Shown here: positions 10,299-19,724 of the stretch, one piece after another
Layout: every line of letters starts with the position of its first letter
Position numbering within the stretch: position 1 is the stretch's first letter
Source of the DNA: an uncultured bacterium
GTDB lineage: Bacteria > Verrucomicrobiota > Verrucomicrobiia > Limisphaerales > UBA8199
DNA: 64,000 nucleotides
Reading direction: 5' to 3'
Assembly: GCA_963749495.1 (NCBI GenBank)
Contig: CAVVMW010000008.1
Span: 256,001-320,000, forward strand
Program-made: the position numbers and the translations under genes
Notes under the pieces: generated by a model
The model's input: only the letters and a program-made list of their open reading frames with translations
What the model was told of the DNA's origin: nothing
Database searches by the model: none

Positions 10299-10530
10299 AT
10301 TGCATCCGTGTCGAGTGGACCATATTCTTGCCGCTGGCGATTTTCAACCCGTAAACACGACACCCGCACTCAGTGGTCTCCTGTACTGATGTACGCGATG
10401 ACCCCGGCCTTTGCTGGCGACCATGCAGCGGCCCCCTCCCCCAATCAGCTTCGCGCCTCCAAACCGGTATAATCATCCGAATCGGCCTCGACCGAGGCGG
10501 ATTCGTTCTTCACTTCAACCGGGAGGGGGC

Positions 10531-10760
10531 ATGCCACGACCCAAGCACTATTCTCCTGAGATCCGCCGTTTTCTGGTCTCCGTCCTCTATCACGAAGCCA
10601 GCGGAGGGATGTGCCGATGACTGCCCTGGCGAATCAAATTCTCCAGGACGGTCTCAAGGGCACCGAGAGCTGGAGGAAGGCGGAGGAGTCCCAGAACCCC
10701 ATACGCCGCCAGGAAGCGGCGCCACCAGAAACCGACCATGACACCCCTCCCCGAACGTAA
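10531..10760 (+). CDS. Small ribbon-helix-helix-like hypothetical protein; frameshift near 10599
   Basis: GGAGG before ATG 10531; MPRPKHYSPEIRRFLVSVLYHEA continues as RRDVPMTALANQILQDGL in another frame; 3' end meets the IS66-like end. Confidence 0.45.
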
Positions 10761-10933
10761 CTATTCAGGTGTTTTTCATCTAACCGGCAGGGAGAATGAG
10801 GATTTTCGCAGCAGAAGCCAGGCGGTATTTGTTTAGGGCCGTTTAGAAGCCCGGCCTGGAGGTGCCGAGATTTTTCCGGTGAACCCTGGAAAAAAGCTGG
10901 TTTCCAAAATCCTTTCGTGGCAGAGTCGGGCCT

Positions 10934-11806
10934 ATGTCAGGTCCGATATGCATCCTGGGCCGCCAGTTTGAACCTGAGGAGCTAACCCAGCTCCAGGCGT
11001 GGATCGACCAGCGCCACGGCCAGAGCCGCCGCGCTTTGTCGCTTGGGCTGGCAAAGCTCTGGGACTGGCGCGACCCCCATGGGCAACTGCGCGACATGGC
11101 CGCTCGGCTCCTACTCAATCGGCTGGAGCAGCGGGTCGGTCTGCGGTTGCCAGCGCGCCAGAACCGTGGGGGTCGCCGACAGGCGCGCCTATCCAGCCAA
11201 GGCGCCCTGACTCCCAGTCTGCCCATCACCCAGTCACTGGGCCAACTGCAGCCCGTGTCGGTGCATCTGGTCGGACCGCGGCAAGCCGAGCGCGCCCGGC
11301 TGGTGCAATATTTTCTGGCACACCACTACTTGGGTTATCCGCATCCCTTGGGCCAATTGCACTACTTGGTCACCGATGGTCAGGGGCGGGACTTGGCTGT
11401 TTTGCTCTTTGGTCCGGCGGCTTGGAAGTGCGCACCCCGCGACCGCTTTATCGGGTGGAGCACGGCCCAACGGCAAGCCCACCTCCAGCAGGTGGCCAAC
11501 AACAGCCGATTCCTGATTTTACCCTGGGTAGAGGCGCCGCGGTTGGCCAGCCATGTCCTGAGCCTGGTCTTGCGCCGGCTGCGCCAGGACTGGCAAAGCG
11601 CATATGCCCGGCCCCTGGAGTTGGTCGAAACCTTCGTTGATAGCTCCCGCTTCACGGGGGCCTCTTATCGCGCGGCCAACTGGATCGAGTTGGGCCACAC
11701 CACCGGCCGCACCCGCCAAGACCGCGCTCATCGGCTCCAGACGCCCCCCAAGCAGGTGTGGGTCTATCGGCTGCACCCGCAGTTCCGCCCCCGCCTATGC
11801 GCCTGA
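10934..11806 (+). CDS. DUF4338 (DruA-like) domain protein
   Basis: HHYLGY, F..AAWKCAPRDRFIGW, NNSRFLILPWV..P.LAS, LVETFVD..RF.GA.YRAANW. Confidence 0.85.
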   Translation: MSGPICILGRQFEPEELTQLQAWIDQRHGQSRRALSLGLAKLWDWRDPHGQLRDMAARLLLNRLEQRVGLRLPARQNRGGRRQARLSSQGALTPSLPITQSLGQLQPVSVHLVGPRQAERARLVQYFLAHHYLGYPHPLGQLHYLVTDGQGRDLAVLLFGPAAWKCAPRDRFIGWSTAQRQAHLQQVANNSRFLILPWVEAPRLASHVLSLVLRRLRQDWQSAYARPLELVETFVDSSRFTGASYRAANWIELGHTTGRTRQDRAHRLQTPPKQVWVYRLHPQFRPRLCA

Positions 11807-12258
11807 GCCGCCCTGTCTGCCGTCGCACAGGCAGGCGCCAACAACTGTTCCAGTTGGCCCGCGCGGGCCTGGGCAAGCTCATCGGCCTGATCCTGCGTCT
11901 GGAAGCCAGGCTGTGCAAACTGCTTCGGGAGGTGCGCGCCTTGCGCCAGCAAGTCAAAGAGCTCAAAGCGCGGCTGGCCCTCAACAGCTCCAATAGCGGT
12001 CGGCCCCCCTCGACCGACGGACTGGCCAAGCCAGCGCCCAGGTCGTTGCGCGCCCGAACGGGTCGCCGGCCCGGCGGCCAACCCGGGCACCCGGGCTGCA
12101 CGCTCCAAGCCGTGGCCCGGCCCGACCATACCCTCATCCACCGGCTTGAGCGGTGTCCCTGCGGCCAGTGCGGGGGCTGCTCGTTGCAGCAGGCGCCGGT
12201 GCTGGGCCATGAAAAACGCCAGGTCTTCGAGTTGCCGCAAAAGCCCCTGGAGGTGACC
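11798..12258 (+). pseudogene. IS66 family transposase N-terminal fragment
   Basis: Coiled coil then NSSNSGRPPSTDG, PGGQPGHPG.TL, CPCGQCG, RQVFELP..LEVT; DDE domain missing. Confidence 0.85.
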
Positions 12259-12295
12259 GATCTGCGCCACGTGTTTGCGGTGCATCGACTGGAAC

Positions 12296-12498
12296 GCTAC
12301 CTTCACCGATGATGGAACCAGGCTCATGCTACAAGTTAAAGGCATTATCGAAGCGGGGCCGAACGCACGACGCACGCCGACTAGCCTTTTCCAGGATGGT
12401 GAGCATCAAGAGCGGATATTCCGCCAAGTCGAGACCCGACATCCAGAAATCGAGCACTTCGGCACATGGCACACGCATCACGTGAACGGCCTATCGTC
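12296..12498 (+). pseudogene. Internal fragment of a JAB/MPN (Mov34) domain gene
   Basis: GIIEAGPNARRTPTSLFQDGEHQERIFR...EHFGTWHTHHVNG resembles the JAB G.WHxH metal motif. Confidence 0.6.
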
Positions 12499-14379
12499 GA
12501 GATCGTCGATACGCCGCTCGTTTGGCCTTTGACCCTGGCGTCGGCTACCAAGCACAGCGAGCATCCACCGGCAAGCGAGTGTGCATCGCGGCCAGAACGC
12601 GTGAACCTGTGCGTGGAAACCGAAAAGGCCCACGGCCTCGAACCGGCAGCTTTCGGCGTAATTGCCTGCCGCGAGGCGGATTTCCTCGACACGGTGGCGC
12701 GCTTCGAAGCGGCCGCCGGCCTGCCCAGCCCCAAGCCCGGCGGCATCTGGAACAAGCGATCGCCCTGGGTCAAGCGCTCGTACCTCTTCCTCACCGATTT
12801 CCGCGAGTCCCAGTTTGATCAAGCCTTGGCCCTGGCGCGGCGCGGCGGCTTTCACATGCTCCTCTTGGGCCAGGAATCCTGGGCCCGTGGCACCGGGCAT
12901 TACGACATTGACCGGGACCGGTTCCCGGACGGTTTGGACGGTTTAAAGCGAACCATCAGCCGCTTCAAGGACGCCGGCTTCCACGTTGGGCTGCATTTTC
13001 TGGGTCCATCCATTTATCCGCCCGATCCGTATCTCACGCCCGTACCGGACTCGCGCCTGGTCAAGGGCGCCGCGGCCACGCTCGCCGCAGGCGTAAACGC
13101 CACCACCAATTTCCTGCCCCTAGCCACCGCGCCGGCCAACTTTCCCGCCGAAGACGGCGGCTATGAGGGTCAAGGGACCGTGCTCCAAGTGGGGGAGGAG
13201 TTGATCCAGTACAAATCTCCTTCACTCCAGCCGCCCTTTGGCTTTCGCGAATGCCATCGCGGTTACCTCGGCACGCGCCCCGCCCCGCACCCGCAAGGCG
13301 AGACCATCCGCCATCTCGTCCGCGCTTACGGCTACCACATGTTCGACATGGACACCTCGCTGCTCGACGAAGTGGCCACGCATTTCGCCCGCGTCGCCAA
13401 CACCTGCGGCATCGACATGATTTACTTTGACGGCTCGGAACAGTTACAGGGTGAGCACTGGTTTTACAATGCCCGTCTCCACCAGGCCTTCTACGACAAG
13501 CTCGCCAACAAAGACATTCTCCTCCAGGCCAGCAGTTTTAGCCATTACTCCTGGCACCTGCTGGCCCGCAGCGCCTCCGCCGACGGCCACGGCGACCTCA
13601 AAGGCTACCTCGACCAGCGCTCGGGCTGGTTTAATTCCTTCGCGCGCGACTGGATGCCCCTGGACACCGGCTGGTATTACGGCTATGACCCCGCCGCCAC
13701 TCCCGACATGTTCGAGTATGTCCTGGGCGCGACTCTCGGCTACGACTCCTCCATGTCCTTCCAGGTCTCCTGCAAAGCCGCCGCGGCCCATCCCTTTACC
13801 GGCGCCATCCTGGACCTCATAGCCCGCTACGAGCAATTGCGCCTCTCCGGCCATGTCCCCGAGTCCGTCAAAGCCCGCCTGCGCATCGATCCCAAGCTCA
13901 CCGCCATCAAGCCCGGCGAAGCCCAACCTGCCCTGGTGGAAAAGCGCCGCGAATACCGCTTGCTCGAAGAAAACGGCAAACCGTATTTCCAACGCGTCAT
14001 CTACGAGCCCTGGCACGAAATCAACCCCGCCCAAACCAACTCCGCCACTTGGCGCGTCCGCGTCAAAGATGCCCCAGCCCGCATCGGCGTCCAACTTCAC
14101 GCCCCTGCCGGCACAGAAATCATCGACCCCTGGATCGAACTCGCCGGCCACCGCCTCGGCTGGCAAGGTAAGCTGGCCCAAGGCCAGTTCCTCTTCTTCT
14201 GGCCCGGTGAACCCGTCACCCGCTATTGTCCAGAGCAGAATCCCGACCAGGCTGCCATCGCCCCCACCATCACTCTGGGCCCCGGCGAATATTCCGCCAC
14301 GTTCGTCTCGCGCGAGCCGCTCAAGGCCCCCGTGCGTGTGCGGATCACCCTCCAGTCGCCAGAGCGCATGGATCTCTGA
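12499..14379 (+). CDS. Hypothetical protein with GH27/GH36-like TIM-barrel features; 5' end lost
   Basis: Long ORF 12466..14379; RFPDGLDGLK..I..FK.AGF.VGLHF and GIDMIYFDGSE; no credible start or signal peptide. Confidence 0.55.
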   Translation, partial: EIVDTPLVWPLTLASATKHSEHPPASECASRPERVNLCVETEKAHGLEPAAFGVIACREADFLDTVARFEAAAGLPSPKPGGIWNKRSPWVKRSYLFLTDFRESQFDQALALARRGGFHMLLLGQESWARGTGHYDIDRDRFPDGLDGLKRTISRFKDAGFHVGLHFLGPSIYPPDPYLTPVPDSRLVKGAAATLAAGVNATTNFLPLATAPANFPAEDGGYEGQGTVLQVGEELIQYKSPSLQPPFGFRECHRGYLGTRPAPHPQGETIRHLVRAYGYHMFDMDTSLLDEVATHFARVANTCGIDMIYFDGSEQLQGEHWFYNARLHQAFYDKLANKDILLQASSFSHYSWHLLARSASADGHGDLKGYLDQRSGWFNSFARDWMPLDTGWYYGYDPAATPDMFEYVLGATLGYDSSMSFQVSCKAAAAHPFTGAILDLIARYEQLRLSGHVPESVKARLRIDPKLTAIKPGEAQPALVEKRREYRLLEENGKPYFQRVIYEPWHEINPAQTNSATWRVRVKDAPARIGVQLHAPAGTEIIDPWIELAGHRLGWQGKLAQGQFLFFWPGEPVTRYCPEQNPDQAAIAPTITLGPGEYSATFVSREPLKAPVRVRITLQSPERMDL

Positions 14380-14414
14380 TATCGTCCTCACCCCCTGGCA
14401 GCCGTTGACGGTGA

Positions 14415-14523
14415 ACTCACCGTGGGCGCCGCACTCGAACTTCCGCGGCTAGCGGTGATGCCATGCGAGCCGCGTCCTGCGGACGACTCACCGTGGGCGC
14501 CGCACTCGAACTTCAGCGGCTAG
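14415..14523. repeat. 38-bp direct repeat, two copies, 33 bp apart
   Basis: ACTCACCGTGGGCGCCGCACTCGAACTTC(C/A)GCGGCTAG at 14415-14452 and 14486-14523. Confidence 0.9.
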
Positions 14524-15485
14524 GCCAGTGCCTCCCGGCAGTATTGGACGCACTTGGCAACCTCAGCCACGGCGTTTGAGCCTTCCGGAATCCGATATTC
14601 CAGCTCGATGTCACCCGGGAACGTCCACCTCTCCTTTTTCATCAACCGGAGGAGCTCCTTGATCGGCGTCTTCCCCTGGCCCCAGGGCAGGTTCCCGCCG
14701 TCGGCGGTCCTGTCCTTCAAATGAAGGCTGATGATACGGTCGTGGTACTTCTCAAGCACGGGGATCGGAGACAGCCCCTTGGTGCCGGCGAAATAGTGGC
14801 CGACATCAAAGTTGAAGCCGATGTATTCGCCATAAGCCAGGATCGGGTCCGTCTTATCCATCACCGGGTAGTTGTTGGTGTGGTTGTGGAAAGCAACCCA
14901 GATCTTGTGCTTGTCGGCGAACGGCGCCAGCCTCCTGGCCATCGCCTCCGAACGCTCGGTGGTAATGCCCACACAGCCCAGGGCCTTGGCCACCTGGAAA
15001 TTGAAGTCAATCTCCTCATCCGACTGGCCAAAGCCGATCTTGTGGATGTGGATATTAACGCCGGCATCATTATACATTTTGCGCAAGTCCTGGCACTTGG
15101 CCAATTGCGCCTGGCGCTGGGCGTCGGTCGGCTTCGCCGGTTGCTCCGCGGCGCCGCCTCTGCGGCCCCGGCCCCCGCCGGCGCTCAAGCCGGCATACGC
15201 CTGGATTGGGTCCCCCATCAGTTCCACTTCGCTCAGTCCATCCTGAATCAGGGCCTTGAGAGTATCCTCCGCCGAATTGATGCCGCCACGGTAGCTGTAG
15301 GTAATGCACCCGATGCGCACCCCGTTGAAGACGGAGTTGGGCTTGCCTGGCGCGGCCTCGGCCCCGGATGGAGCTTCACCTCCCAGCACACGCCCCGGCA
15401 CGATGGCGCAGGCCGCAAGGGCTGCCGCGCTGCCGAGAAACGCGCGCCTGGTTGTCAATGGGTCGGTCATGATCGTTGTTTTCAT
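14520..15485 (-). CDS. Sugar phosphate isomerase/epimerase (xylose-isomerase-like TIM barrel), Tat-exported
   Basis: TRRAFL Tat motif; FHNH, NFDVGHY, SLHLKD, DIELEY metal motifs. Confidence 0.85.
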   Translation of the reverse strand: MKTTIMTDPLTTRRAFLGSAAALAACAIVPGRVLGGEAPSGAEAAPGKPNSVFNGVRIGCITYSYRGGINSAEDTLKALIQDGLSEVELMGDPIQAYAGLSAGGGRGRRGGAAEQPAKPTDAQRQAQLAKCQDLRKMYNDAGVNIHIHKIGFGQSDEEIDFNFQVAKALGCVGITTERSEAMARRLAPFADKHKIWVAFHNHTNNYPVMDKTDPILAYGEYIGFNFDVGHYFAGTKGLSPIPVLEKYHDRIISLHLKDRTADGGNLPWGQGKTPIKELLRLMKKERWTFPGDIELEYRIPEGSNAVAEVAKCVQYCREALA

Positions 15486-15640
15486 AACTGGATTTCAATT
15501 AGCTTTTGCCCGCCCGCACTTATTCAGAGCCGCGCGGGTGATCTTTATTTTATTGGGATCAGGGTGTCTCTGTCAATCGCCGAGGCCACGATCGTCCACC
15601 CGGCGACACGCCTCTACTTGGCCAGCGAAAGGGCTGAACT

Positions 15641-16609
15641 TCATTGTGCCACGTATTCTCTGATCAGACGGATATTCTCGAGTGGCGTTTCATAGGGCAT
15701 CGCGCCGGTACCCATGACGCAGTTCGGACGACCGCCCGCAATGCCCAACACGCGGTCGATGCCGCGGTAGAGGCGTTCCGGATCGGGGCAGGCCACCACG
15801 CCGGGATCGAGGTTGACGCGAATCGTGATGTGCGGATGCGTCCGGGACACGCGCTGGCCGAACGCGGCCTGATTCGTTTCCACGTTGCAGACGAGGTAGT
15901 TCGTGCCCGTGGACAGGATACCGTCGAGGATCGGGAAGGTGTTTCCGCCCATGATGCAGGGCACCGGATGGCCGATGCAGTCGGCCGCCAGGGCCAGCAC
16001 ACGCTTCAACGCCGGCAGTTCGACGTCCTGGAACTGGCGCGGTGAAAGAATCGGCGGCGCGGCGGCGGATTCGAAAAAAGCCGCATCCAGGCCGGCCTTC
16101 GCTATCGCGAGGCAGAGCACGGCCTGGTTTTCCGCCAGGCGCATCAGCATCTTTGCCGTGTCTTCAGCTCTCGTGATCGCGTCTTCACAGAGCGGAGAGA
16201 TGCCGCGCAGGTTGAAGGCGATCGAGAACGGCCCTGCAACCGGTATGCGCACGTCGGCCTCCGGGAACTCGCGCTTCAATCGCCGGCCGACGGCGAGCAG
16301 CATCGCCACCCGCCCGTCGCGGGCCGGGTCGAAGGGTTTGACCGCGATGCCCTCATCCAGCGAGGTCCAGAGCGGCTGGTGGATGGCCGGGACGGCGCTG
16401 TCTTGGCAGGGTTCGACTCTGGCGCCATAGGCCTCGGCCTCGAGGTTGTAGATGTCGATGCCGACGGCGATGACCTGCTGATGGTACTCGAGGTAAGCGC
16501 GGCGGTGGCCCTCGAACATGAGCTCCGCGTCGCGCGAGACTTCCCACGGCGTGCGCCCAACGAAACGGGCGGCGTGTTCATAAACGACCGGAGTGAAGGG
16601 GATTCTCAT
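15641..16609 (-). CDS. Uroporphyrinogen decarboxylase (URO-D/MtaA-like) family protein
   Basis: ATG at 16609; DIYNLEAEAYGA, GPFSIAFNLRG, LSPRQF...ELP, NLDP, VMGTG..P.ETPLENI. Confidence 0.8.
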   Translation of the reverse strand: MRIPFTPVVYEHAARFVGRTPWEVSRDAELMFEGHRRAYLEYHQQVIAVGIDIYNLEAEAYGARVEPCQDSAVPAIHQPLWTSLDEGIAVKPFDPARDGRVAMLLAVGRRLKREFPEADVRIPVAGPFSIAFNLRGISPLCEDAITRAEDTAKMLMRLAENQAVLCLAIAKAGLDAAFFESAAAPPILSPRQFQDVELPALKRVLALAADCIGHPVPCIMGGNTFPILDGILSTGTNYLVCNVETNQAAFGQRVSRTHPHITIRVNLDPGVVACPDPERLYRGIDRVLGIAGGRPNCVMGTGAMPYETPLENIRLIREYVAQ

Positions 16610-16708
16610 TGCAGAAGGCGGCAGATGTGCGCCGCCAGGGGGGCAAAGGTGTCCGTAAAACCTCCGTCCTGCGCCTGGAGTGTACGCTCCTCGTCCACCA
16701 CGCTCACC

Positions 16709-16739
16709 GCCAGGCGGCGGCTCGGAGCCGCCGCCTGGC
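16709..16739. repeat. Perfect 15-bp-stem GC-rich palindrome (REP-like)
   Basis: gccaggcggcggctc g gagccgccgcctggc in intergenic space. Confidence 0.7.
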
Positions 16740-16793
16740 AAGGCGGCCGGCGCCAAAGTCCTCAGGGAACGGCCATAAACCAGGTCAGAGCTG

Positions 16794-17855
16794 CTATATC
16801 CGCACTCTCGCGGTCCGGTAGAACTGCCGTACGCGCGCCATTTCCTCCTCGAGTTCCAACACGCCAATCGACCGCACCATTTGGCCAATCGTTGTCTGGG
16901 GATCGTTGGACCAGAAGATGCCGCAATCCTCGTCTTCGTAATAGTGGAAGCCGACCTTGTCGCTATAGGCTTTCCGGAGGGCTTCGCCATTCTGCAGCTT
17001 CGAGTTCCACGGAAGCAGCGCGTAACTGAGGTCCAGTTCGTGGACCAGGATGTTTTGCGGCGGCTTGATCTGCGCTGCGATCTTACCCGTCGGTTCAAAG
17101 ATCGAGGCGTTGTGCCGCCACGTGCTCGAGACAATGTAACAACGGTGCTCCCTTGCCCGGAACGCGGGTTGGGACGTCTGCGGCGATTGCGTGGGCCAGG
17201 CGATCAGCTCCGCTCCGCGGCGCGCCAGTTCGGCCCAGCCGCCGCCGAAGTCCATATCATAACAGATTTGAATTCCCAGTTTGCCAAAATCGCAGTCGAA
17301 GACGGGGAGCGCGTCGCCGGGAGTGGCGCCGCTTTCCATGGTGCCGCGTTCGAGCGAAACGACCAAATGAACCTTGCGGTAGGTTCCCAGCACTTCACCT
17401 TTGCGCCCGAGCAGGATCGCCGCATTCGAGCACAACCGTTTTTCTTTCGAATCCAGCAAGTAGCTGGGAACGACCATATAGCATTTGTGCTCACGGGCCT
17501 TCCGAGTGAATGCGTCCCTGATTTCTCCTTCGAACGAGACCGCATGGGCCACGGCATCGTCGCCCGCTTCGCCGGTGATCGCCGTTTCGGGCAGAATTGC
17601 GAGATCGAGACCACGGCCATAAGCCTGTTTGGCCTGTGCGGCCATTTGGTCCAGGATTCCTGTCAGTTGCTCCAGACGCTTGGGCAGCCCGGGATACTGA
17701 CCCCAAAAGGACTGCATGGCGGTGCCCACGATGACCTTTCGGGGAGGAGTGCTCGAGGTGGTCCGGACTCGTTCCCCATCGTTGGCGGCCAGTGCCGGGA
17801 CAGCATCCAGAGCCGCGAAGCTGCTCAGCGTTGCCAGGAATGTTCTTCTCCGCAT
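16794..17855 (-). CDS. Carbon-nitrogen hydrolase (nitrilase superfamily), Tat-exported
   Basis: MRRRTFL; E-K-C triad motifs LPET, YRKVH, ICYD. Confidence 0.9.
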   Translation of the reverse strand: MRRRTFLATLSSFAALDAVPALAANDGERVRTTSSTPPRKVIVGTAMQSFWGQYPGLPKRLEQLTGILDQMAAQAKQAYGRGLDLAILPETAITGEAGDDAVAHAVSFEGEIRDAFTRKAREHKCYMVVPSYLLDSKEKRLCSNAAILLGRKGEVLGTYRKVHLVVSLERGTMESGATPGDALPVFDCDFGKLGIQICYDMDFGGGWAELARRGAELIAWPTQSPQTSQPAFRAREHRCYIVSSTWRHNASIFEPTGKIAAQIKPPQNILVHELDLSYALLPWNSKLQNGEALRKAYSDKVGFHYYEDEDCGIFWSNDPQTTIGQMVRSIGVLELEEEMARVRQFYRTARVRI

Positions 17856-17870
17856 AGGTGAGTTCTCCTC

Positions 17871-19661
17871 TCAGTAGAGCGGCCCGGCGTGCATAGTGAC
17901 AGGCTGTGCCCACTCAGAACACTGCTTGCCCGTGGCGTCGTTTATCGTCAGCCGTAACGCATAGGTCCCCGGCTTGGACGCCGTCAGAGGCAGGGCCATC
18001 CGGTGTGGGTCCGCCAAGTCCTGACGGGCCTGGGCACGAACGGCGCCCCCGACTTCCTCCAACGACGCCGCGACCGTGTGGCTCCCCTTCGCGACGGCTG
18101 CGGTCCCGATCACATCGAAAGTGAAGGCCAGCGTGCTCCGGGGCAGCAGCAGTTGGCGGGGCGCGTCCATTCCTGCTATAGCCGGCGCCGTAAGCCGCAG
18201 GCGCGACACTTCTCCCACGTAGGGCGACGGGGTTTCCGCGGCGGGCTGCTTCCGAGGGAGTCCGGCCAGCAGAACGGACGGGGCAATCGCCTTGGTTGCG
18301 GCGGGGTATTCGAGCAACCGCGCCGTCTGGGCCGCCAGGCGCCACCGCACGGCGTCAAATTCTTCCGACGGCCACATGCCATCAGCCAGGTACTTCGGCT
18401 GGACGTGGATGGCGTCCCATGTCTCTTGAAGGAGCCGTCGTCCCTCGCCGACTGCCGCAACGCAGGCTGGATTTTTCGACCCTTCGCGCTCGACTATCGC
18501 CTGTTGGAGGGTATAGAGATAGCGCGCATCGTCATACCCCTCCCGGAAGCAGGCCCAATAAACCGCAGGGATGACCTCGCCGTCGTCGTCCACACGTTGG
18601 CCGCAACCGGAGTAGCGGCCACGGAGGTAATCGAAGGGATCCGGCTCGGACGGCCAACACCAGTGCCAGGGGATCAGCGTGGCATATCCGCTGCGCCAAA
18701 AGCCGAAGCCGTAGGTCATCCGCCCGCCTTTGCACATCGTGCGGCGGTCCTTGATCTCGCCAGCGTTATGGTTCGGGTAGCACCAGGTACTCGTGCCGGT
18801 TCTGAGAGACGATGCGGTCGTAGGGCACCGAATAAGGCTGGGAGCACCAGACATCCAGAGGTAGTCCTTGTCGGCCGCCCGGCGAATGAACGCCTCGTCG
18901 CGGCCTTTATAGAGGGCCCGGTTCCGCACGTAGAAATAGGCCGAGCAGTGCTTGCGCGGGTCCTTCTGGAGCCGGAAACCCAAGACACGGAGGGCCAGCG
19001 GGATCTCGACAGCCTGCCCGAAGCCATCGTCCCAGACGCTGACGGTCCCTCGGTATAACCCGGGCTTTGCGTCGTCGGGGACATGGGCCGTCAGCCAGTA
19101 CCACTGGCACTCGCCCGCGGGCGAGGAGTGAACCGTTACCCGCTCGAGAAGCTCTGGCACGCGGCGATATGTGTTGAGGGTGGTGTAGGCCGGGTATCCA
19201 ACGTTCCAGTAGGTGGCCAGGCGGACATCAAGGCTGCCAGCCGGGATCTCGCCTGAGGGGGATGTGAGCGACGAAACCCTGACCTTCAGATTTTGGAGGG
19301 GGCGCACGGGATAAAGGGCAAACGTAACGGGCTCGAACTCGCCGGGCGTGGCGAACGCGACCAGGGAGTCGATCCGCTCGTGGGCCAGGGGGCGGGTGTT
19401 GGGATAAATGCTTTCCGTGAGGGGACGCTGGAAGAGGAGATACCCCCGCTCCTTTTCCGGCTCGGTGAGGGACGGCTCGGGAGCGGTCTCATCGAAAGGG
19501 ATCTCCTTGACGCCGTCTGGCACCGTCGGCTGCGGACGGGCGCGCCGCTCGAGGGCGCCGTCGGCTGGTTTTGGACCGAGCCGGAGCGTCGGCTGTTCCA
19601 AGGGCGCCCCCACACCGGCCAGGCCCGCGGCCAGGAGCAGGGTGCTGCACAACGCTTTCAT
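17871..19661 (-). CDS. Secreted glycoside-hydrolase-like hypothetical protein (DUF4091/GH123-like), probably internally deleted
   Basis: Signal peptide; ATPGEFEPVTF, WLTAHVP.DAKPGLYRG, REGYDDARYL; central barrel region appears very short. Confidence 0.55.
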   Translation of the reverse strand: MKALCSTLLLAAGLAGVGAPLEQPTLRLGPKPADGALERRARPQPTVPDGVKEIPFDETAPEPSLTEPEKERGYLLFQRPLTESIYPNTRPLAHERIDSLVAFATPGEFEPVTFALYPVRPLQNLKVRVSSLTSPSGEIPAGSLDVRLATYWNVGYPAYTTLNTYRRVPELLERVTVHSSPAGECQWYWLTAHVPDDAKPGLYRGTVSVWDDGFGQAVEIPLALRVLGFRLQKDPRKHCSAYFYVRNRALYKGRDEAFIRRAADKDYLWMSGAPSLIRCPTTASSLRTGTSTWCYPNHNAGEIKDRRTMCKGGRMTYGFGFWRSGYATLIPWHWCWPSEPDPFDYLRGRYSGCGQRVDDDGEVIPAVYWACFREGYDDARYLYTLQQAIVEREGSKNPACVAAVGEGRRLLQETWDAIHVQPKYLADGMWPSEEFDAVRWRLAAQTARLLEYPAATKAIAPSVLLAGLPRKQPAAETPSPYVGEVSRLRLTAPAIAGMDAPRQLLLPRSTLAFTFDVIGTAAVAKGSHTVAASLEEVGGAVRAQARQDLADPHRMALPLTASKPGTYALRLTINDATGKQCSEWAQPVTMHAGPLY

Positions 19662-19724
19662 GTGCAAACCAGAGTAAGACCGGATCGGTTTGAGTCAAGC
19701 CGGTTGCGCAGGTTGTATTTGGCA

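Larger units (their letters stand above)
10757..12258 (+). mobile_element. Left part of an IS66-family (ISBst12-like) element carrying a DUF4338 gene
   Basis: GTAACTATTCAG terminus at 10757, followed by DUF4338 ORF and truncated IS66 transposase; right end absent. Confidence 0.65.

Noticed and set aside
7852..11806. Druantia anti-phage system
   Set aside because: Only DUF4338 (DruA-like) genes attached to transposases; no DruE helicase or other Dru genes in the window.
14415..14523. CRISPR array
   Set aside because: Only two repeats, no cas genes or AT-rich leader, and one copy overlaps a stop codon.
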